NCBI GenBank assembly: GCA_046726475.1
Contig: JBKPAO010000032.1
Span: 28,800-92,799, forward strand
Source of the DNA: Gemmatimonadota bacterium
GTDB lineage: Bacteria > Gemmatimonadota > Gemmatimonadetes > Gemmatimonadales > GWC2-71-9
Reading direction: 5' to 3'
DNA length: 64,000 nucleotides
Below, piece after piece: positions 59,112-64,000 of the stretch. The translations under genes and the position numbers were made by a program. How positions within the stretch are numbered: position 1 is the first letter of the stretch; the number at the start of each line of letters is the position of its first letter. The notes below the pieces were generated by a model that was given only the letters and a program-made list of their open reading frames with translations, was not told where the DNA came from and did no database searches.

Positions 59112-60184
59112 CGCGTTCTCAACTGACTAAGCTCCGCGGCGATCCGCGGAGCCATTTGGGAAACAGGCAGAACCTCCCTCACGCCACCGGATTGCAACGC
59201 CGCCGCCGGCATTCCATAGACGGTGGCGCTTTCGCGATCCTGAGCCAGCCCAACCCCGCCTGCGTCATGGATGCGCCTGAGACCTTCCGCACCATCACGA
59301 CCGATACCAGTGAGAACGACGCCGATGGCTCGGGCGCCAAACCGCGCCGCGACGCTGCTGAAGAGCGGATCCGCTGCGGGGCGCACGCCCCACACTGTTG
59401 GGCCTCGGTCCAACATGAGACACAGGGCGCCCGGGGCAGGATTAACCCGCATGTGGTAATCGCCGGGTGCCACGTACGCCGTATCCGCGAGGAGCGGCAT
59501 GCCATCCTCCGCTTCCACGACCTTGCAGCGGCTCCGGGAAGCGAGTCGCTCCGCCAGGCTGTGGGTGAACTTGGGCGGCATGTGCTGAACGACTACCACT
59601 GCGGCCTCCTGCCCGATTGGGAGACGCGGAATGATTTCGGCCAGCGCCCGAGGGCCTCCGGTCGAAGCGGCAAAGGCCACGCAGAGCCTTGCCTCTCCTG
59701 GAGCGGTCCGCGCACTCGAGGCTTGCATTGTCCTGCCGGACTCTTCGGCGCGAGCGACGCGCTTGATGTCAGCCGAGCGGGCAGTCCGCAACACGGTCAT
59801 CAAACGCTCGGCAAACCGGGCCGTCGCGGCAGCGCCGCGTTCATCTTCCTTGGCCACCAGGTCGACGGCGCCCAGCTCCAGCGCACGAATCGCCGCCGTC
59901 GCTCCGGGACCGGCGTGGGCGCTGACCACTACAATCGGGAGTGGTGACTCGGCCATGATGTACCCAATGGCTCCGAGTCCATCCAGCTCAGGCATCTCCA
60001 GATCCATGAGCACCACATCGGGAGCCAGCGAGCGAACCTTGCGGAGCGCATCCATGCCATCACGTGCGGTCGCGATGACCCGGAACTCACCCGACCCCTC
60101 CACCACGTCGGTCAGCAAGCGACGAAAGAAGGCGCTGTCGTCGACCACCAGGACCCGGCCCGGATCAGAGGTGCTGGGTGCCAT
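59108..60184 (-). CDS. cheB: Chemotaxis response regulator protein-glutamate methylesterase CheB
   Basis: 358 aa. REC domain ([11 protein letters not shown]...[14 protein letters not shown]) plus a methylesterase domain with ASTGGP, QHMP and GIGRDG. Confidence 0.93.
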   Translation of the reverse strand: MAPSTSDPGRVLVVDDSAFFRRLLTDVVEGSGEFRVIATARDGMDALRKVRSLAPDVVLMDLEMPELDGLGAIGYIMAESPLPIVVVSAHAGPGATAAIRALELGAVDLVAKEDERGAAATARFAERLMTVLRTARSADIKRVARAEESGRTMQASSARTAPGEARLCVAFAASTGGPRALAEIIPRLPIGQEAAVVVVQHMPPKFTHSLAERLASRSRCKVVEAEDGMPLLADTAYVAPGDYHMRVNPAPGALCLMLDRGPTVWGVRPAADPLFSSVAARFGARAIGVVLTGIGRDGAEGLRRIHDAGGVGLAQDRESATVYGMPAAALQSGGVREVLPVSQMAPRIAAELSQLRTR

Positions 60185-60653
60185 GCGCGACGGTCCTCAC
60201 TTCCACTTGACCATCCCCGACCCGCAGGCGGACCGTTCGACCGAAGTCGCCGCCCACCGCTTCCCCCACGAGAGGAACGCCGTGCGCGTTCAAGGCCTGC
60301 CGCGCAGCGGCCAGGTTCCGCTCTCCCATCTGGAGAGTGCCGGGCGGGGCCAGCGCCGCAAACATGCTCGCGCCGCCGGCCAGTCGACCGGTGATTCGGT
60401 CAGCGCGGGCGCCATCAGCCTGCATCAGCTCGAGCAGGCGAGGCACCGCCGATTGGGGGAACTTTGCGGGGTTGCTGTCGGCGCGAGCCAGAGCCGGGGA
60501 AGGCAGCAGTGTGTGAGCCAGTCCTCCCACCCGGGCCTCGGCGTCATAGAGAACGATGGCCACACAACTCCCCAGGCCGACCGTGACCAGCACATCGTCG
60601 GCTACCCCAGTCCGCAGATCGGCGACGCGAACGAGCAGTTCCCGGCCGGTCAT
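60165..60653 (-). CDS. cheD: Chemoreceptor glutamine deamidase CheD
   Basis: 162 aa with [12 protein letters not shown] (catalytic Cys) and GGLAHTLLP. Overlaps cheB by 20 nt. Confidence 0.88.
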   Translation of the reverse strand: MTGRELLVRVADLRTGVADDVLVTVGLGSCVAIVLYDAEARVGGLAHTLLPSPALARADSNPAKFPQSAVPRLLELMQADGARADRITGRLAGGASMFAALAPPGTLQMGERNLAAARQALNAHGVPLVGEAVGGDFGRTVRLRVGDGQVEVRTVAHGTQHL

Positions 60654-61471
60654 GCGGCGCGCCGATACACCCGCTCGCGCGGATCCAGCAGCGTCAGTCG
60701 CTCGCGCGCCGGGCCGAAAAGAGTCTCGACCTTTCCCAGCACCAGAAAGCCGCCGGGCGCGAGCGCGTCAGCGAAGGCATTGAACACCCGCTCTTGGGCT
60801 GCACGCCCGAAATAGATGACGACGTTCCGGCAAAGGATCAGGTGATAGTTCCGGCGCGGCGGCGGGTCGTTGACCAGGTCGGAGGCCCGGAGCACAACCC
60901 TACGGCGCACCTGCTCCGCGACCCGGCGGAGATCACCCTCGCTTTCGAAATACCGCTGGACCAGCCCGGCCGGGACTTCGACAAGTGCCTCGGCGGAATA
61001 CCGAGCGGCCTGCGCGCGGGCGAGGCACTCGCGGTCGATATCCGTGGCATCGATGGTGACCAGGCCGAGCCGGTCTGTCCTGCCTTGGGTCTCCAGGCGC
61101 TCGGCGATGAGCATGGCGAGGGTGTACGGCTCCTCCCCCGACGAGCAGCCCGCACTCCATGCCCGCACCTCGTGCTGCCCGTCGGCACAGATCTCCCGCA
61201 GCACGGTCTCTCGCAGAAGGTTCCAGGTTTCGGCGTTTCGGTAGAAGCGGGTAACGTTGATGGTGATAGCATCCTTCAGCCGCTCGTACTCCTCCGGGCT
61301 TCGATCCAACACCGCCTGGTAGTCCGAGTACGTGTGGGCGCCACAGGCGCGCATACGAACGGCGATTCGCCGCCGGAGGCACTTGTCCTTGTAGTCCTGC
61401 ATCGGGAGTCCCACCTCCCGCGAGATCTTCGCGGCGAGGGCGGCGAACGCTGCCTCATCGGGGGGCGTCAT
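60650..61471 (-). CDS. cheR: Chemotaxis protein methyltransferase CheR
   Basis: 273 aa. TRFYRNAETW and the SAM-binding VRAWSAGCSSGEEPYTLAML. Confidence 0.92.
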   Translation of the reverse strand: MTPPDEAAFAALAAKISREVGLPMQDYKDKCLRRRIAVRMRACGAHTYSDYQAVLDRSPEEYERLKDAITINVTRFYRNAETWNLLRETVLREICADGQHEVRAWSAGCSSGEEPYTLAMLIAERLETQGRTDRLGLVTIDATDIDRECLARAQAARYSAEALVEVPAGLVQRYFESEGDLRRVAEQVRRRVVLRASDLVNDPPPRRNYHLILCRNVVIYFGRAAQERVFNAFADALAPGGFLVLGKVETLFGPARERLTLLDPRERVYRRAA

Positions 61472-63084
61472 TGGGACAAATCCAGCATCTCGAGGTTCGC
61501 CCTGGCGAGTTGATGCCCCGGATTAAGCGACGTTGCCTGGGCCCAGCTTTCCCTTGCGCGGATGTGATCGCGCCGCTTGTAGGCGATGTTGCCCAGCTTG
61601 AAGTACAGGTCGTCGCCCAACTCCGGATTGAGCTTTGCCGCCCGCTCGTACGCCTCGGCAGCCTCCTCGTATCGGCCGTTGCGATAGAGGAGGTCTCCCA
61701 GATTCTTCGAGACCTGAGGCAGCGCGGCGTCTTCGGCGAGCGCCGAGCGCAGGAGCGTTTCCGCTCCTTGGACGTCGCCACTGACCTCCAACAGCACCGC
61801 GAGATTGTTCTGGAGCACCGGATGGTGAGGAAAGGCGGTGACTCCCTCGCGAGCGATCCGAAGCGCATCCTCCGCATCGTCGATGCCGGACGCGGCCAGG
61901 GTGGCGCCCCAGTACCAGAGTGCCGGCAGCGGTTTTCCGTCCAGTAGCTCGCAAGCGCGCGCCAACCGTGCCTGGGCCACCTTGTTGTCGCCACGTTTGA
62001 GAGCCACGATGCTCCAGCCCAGCATGATTCGTGGATCGTCCTTGGCTCGGCCGGCCGCGTCGCCGAACGCCGCCTCAGCCTCATCCAGCCGACCCAATTG
62101 TTCGAGTGCAAACCCCAGGTTGTGCAGCGCCGCAGGCCGGGGCACGCCCGATTCAGCGGCCTGGCGCAGGGCGACTGCCGCTTCCTCCCAGCGGGCCTGA
62201 CGTATGGCAATGAGACCCAGGAATAACGGTGCGCCGCTGTCGGCCGGCCGTAGTTCGATCACCCGGCGGAACTCGCGCAGGGCCTCCTCCAGCATTCCCG
62301 CTTTGTAAAACGCGATCCCTAGGTTGCGGTGTTCATCGACCCGGCTCTCGTTGACCTTAGGGGCAATCGCGGTGGAGGTGCCCACCCGGTGCGCGAAGCC
62401 GGCGGTAATCAGTCCAAAGAGCGCTTTGCCGACCTCGAACTCGACCAATCCCGACTCATCGATCAGTTGGCGCACGTCGCGCGTGCCGTCGATGAGGGAA
62501 AGCAGCCGTTGTTGCTCGGATGAGAGCGTAGGAGCCGATTGCTGGATGTGCTGCTGATCGACCGAGAAGATCAAATCGAAGGAGGGGATCTTTTTCTCGA
62601 TCAGACTCCATTCGTCCACCCGCCGAGCGCCCTCCAGCAACAGCGCCTCGGGGCTGATGCGAACGAGAAAGTCCTCTCGCTCGGGGCGAACACCCGCCTC
62701 GAAGTTGAACGTGCCTGATGTCCAGGTGAACAGGTAGTACACCGCTTCTTCTATCTGGAGGCGTATGTACTCCTCCAGCTCAGTCCGGGACAATAGGCCC
62801 AGGCCCACCAAAATTTCACCCAACTTGTGTTGTCGGTCGTCCACCTGGGCTGCGATGGCTTGCTGCAGCTGCTCGGCGCTGATACGGCCTTTGCGGAGCA
62901 GGATGTCACCCAGGCGGTCGCGGCGGTTCACGATCGAGGCGTACACGATCTGTCCTTCATCCAGGTAGATCGTCCCGAAGTTGTGCTGGTCCGCGAGCGC
63001 GAGGCAGCCGGTGCGCCGCCCCAGAAACAGCAGCTGAATGACGTCCGGTAGACTGGCCTCTTTGAGGCTGCCCTTGATCGCCAT
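61468..63084 (-). CDS. PATAN (DUF4388) domain protein with tandem MshEN/T2SSE_N-like repeats and C-terminal TPRs
   Basis: ATG 63082-63084 shares 1 nt with the upstream TGA. MAIKGSLKEASLPDVIQLLFLGRRTGCLAL...GTIYLDEGQIVYA is the PATAN pattern. It is followed by RLGDILLRKGRISAEQLQQAIAAQ / KLGEILVGLGLLSRTELEEYIRLQ and then at least 6 TPRs. Confidence 0.75.
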   Translation of the reverse strand: MAIKGSLKEASLPDVIQLLFLGRRTGCLALADQHNFGTIYLDEGQIVYASIVNRRDRLGDILLRKGRISAEQLQQAIAAQVDDRQHKLGEILVGLGLLSRTELEEYIRLQIEEAVYYLFTWTSGTFNFEAGVRPEREDFLVRISPEALLLEGARRVDEWSLIEKKIPSFDLIFSVDQQHIQQSAPTLSSEQQRLLSLIDGTRDVRQLIDESGLVEFEVGKALFGLITAGFAHRVGTSTAIAPKVNESRVDEHRNLGIAFYKAGMLEEALREFRRVIELRPADSGAPLFLGLIAIRQARWEEAAVALRQAAESGVPRPAALHNLGFALEQLGRLDEAEAAFGDAAGRAKDDPRIMLGWSIVALKRGDNKVAQARLARACELLDGKPLPALWYWGATLAASGIDDAEDALRIAREGVTAFPHHPVLQNNLAVLLEVSGDVQGAETLLRSALAEDAALPQVSKNLGDLLYRNGRYEEAAEAYERAAKLNPELGDDLYFKLGNIAYKRRDHIRARESWAQATSLNPGHQLARANLEMLDLSQ

Positions 63085-63965
63085 CAGCGCCACTCCTCGA
63101 CGATGCGATCACCGACATCGGGCCAGTCCCAGACCAGCTTTTCCCGGCTGCGGGCACCGACCACGGGTGCCACGACTCCACTGGCTCTGATAGCCACAGA
63201 TCTGCGCGGCGGCTTGGCCGGAGCACCTTCCAATACCTCTCGAGCCAGCGCGGCGCTGGGCAAGATGTCCTTGGCCTCAGCGGCGTTCAGAACCCGCTGC
63301 AGCAAGCCTTGCACGGCACGGACCGAGTCCGCCGGCCGCGAGCTGAGATACGAGGCGAGCTCGATATCGGCCTTACCGACCTTGGCCTGCAGCAGCCGTT
63401 CGACGACGTGCTGACGGATTTCACGTTCTGGAGGCGGCAGATCGACAACCAGGCCCCCCTCCAGTCGGGTACGAAGCCGAGCTTCTACCGCAGTGAGCTC
63501 AGCCAGCGGTACCGCAGAAGTGAAGACCATCTGCCGGCCGGACTCCATAAGAAAATTGAAGAGGACGAAGAGCTCGTCCTGAGTCCGGTCCTTCTCAGCG
63601 ACGAGGTGGACATCGTCCAGCAGAAAGGCCCCAGCCCCCCGATAGCGTGCGCGCCAGGGGCCCACGGCATCCCGGTCGATTGCCTCGATCAGTTCGCCGG
63701 TAAACTCGTGCGAGCTGAGGCAGGCCACCGGCCCGCGCGCTCGCTCTGCCAGGGCATTTCCCAGCGCGTGCAGCAGATGGGTCTTCCCTACCCCGCTGGC
63801 ACCAACGATGACGAGGGGGTTATAGCGACTGGATGGCTCGGCCACGATCGCCCGCGCGGCCTTCAGCGCGATGCGGTTGCCGTCTCCCTCGAACAGGTCG
63901 TCCAGCCGCCAGATGGGCAACGGTGCCGGCGGAGGATGAGCCCCCTGACGGGCCCGTAAGGTCAC
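63084..63965 (-). CDS. DnaA-family AAA+ ATPase paralog lacking the DNA-binding domain IV (N-terminus possibly beyond the window)
   Basis: YNPLVIVGASGVGKTHLLHALGN (Walker A), AFLLDDVH (Walker B), MVFTS (sensor I) and RLRTRLEGGLVVDLPPPEREIR (DnaA box VII/VIII-like). There is no KRxxxxRQxAMYL-type HTH. GTG start at 63965, but the frame stays open to 64000. Confidence 0.75.
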   Translation of the reverse strand: MTLRARQGAHPPPAPLPIWRLDDLFEGDGNRIALKAARAIVAEPSSRYNPLVIVGASGVGKTHLLHALGNALAERARGPVACLSSHEFTGELIEAIDRDAVGPWRARYRGAGAFLLDDVHLVAEKDRTQDELFVLFNFLMESGRQMVFTSAVPLAELTAVEARLRTRLEGGLVVDLPPPEREIRQHVVERLLQAKVGKADIELASYLSSRPADSVRAVQGLLQRVLNAAEAKDILPSAALAREVLEGAPAKPPRRSVAIRASGVVAPVVGARSREKLVWDWPDVGDRIVEEWR

Positions 63966-64000
63966 TGCCTCCGCACCGGCAATGTCGTCCGGATCGCGGA

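Overview
High-GC (about 65% by hand count of sample stretches) bacterial chromosomal window, very tightly packed. I call about 64 protein genes and 2 tRNAs. All but three genes (mazG, a BamB-like gene and a small ORF) are on the minus strand, and most junctions are 1-nt (TGATG) or 4-nt (ATGA/GTGA) start/stop overlaps.

The content is mostly core housekeeping. In plus-strand coordinate order, which is the reverse of the minus-strand gene order:
- metK (partial)
- an hpf-hprK-EIIA/B/C/D(mannose family)-ptsH-ptsI operon
- a GT4 glycosyltransferase, then nusB plus ribD-ribE-ribBA-ribH
- purM, a PfkB kinase, argS and an FmdB zinc ribbon
- a split methylmalonyl-CoA mutase catalytic subunit and fbp
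- miaB-comFB-comEC
- a lipoprotein plus beta-barrel pair
- cdd-deoB-DUF1844-alr, mazG, asnS, a BamB-like propeller, recG and ftsY
- a complete dcw cluster (rsmH-ftsL-ftsI-murE-murF-mraY-murD-ftsW-murG-murC-ftsQ-ftsA-ftsZ) extended by an M23 peptidase
- tRNA-Asp and tRNA-Val flanking a secreted TPR protein
- a chemosensory-type operon at the right edge

I found no rRNA, CRISPR, IS or integrase genes and no obvious defence genes. The OMPs, BamB-like gene and lipoproteins indicate a diderm. A Gemmatimonadota-like origin is only a guess.

The most unusual content is the chemosensory-type operon (57.3-64 kb). CheR-CheD-CheB-CheW-CheW are translationally coupled to three non-canonical genes: a DnaA-family AAA+ paralog lacking the DNA-binding domain, a PATAN(DUF4388)/TPR protein carrying a tandem MshEN-like (c-di-GMP-binding type) motif, and a coiled-coil/TPR protein. 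CheA, CheY and MCP are not in view because the operon runs off the window.

The many long ORFs antisense or out of frame to these genes are high-GC artefacts. All family assignments come from reading motifs by eye; no database search was possible.
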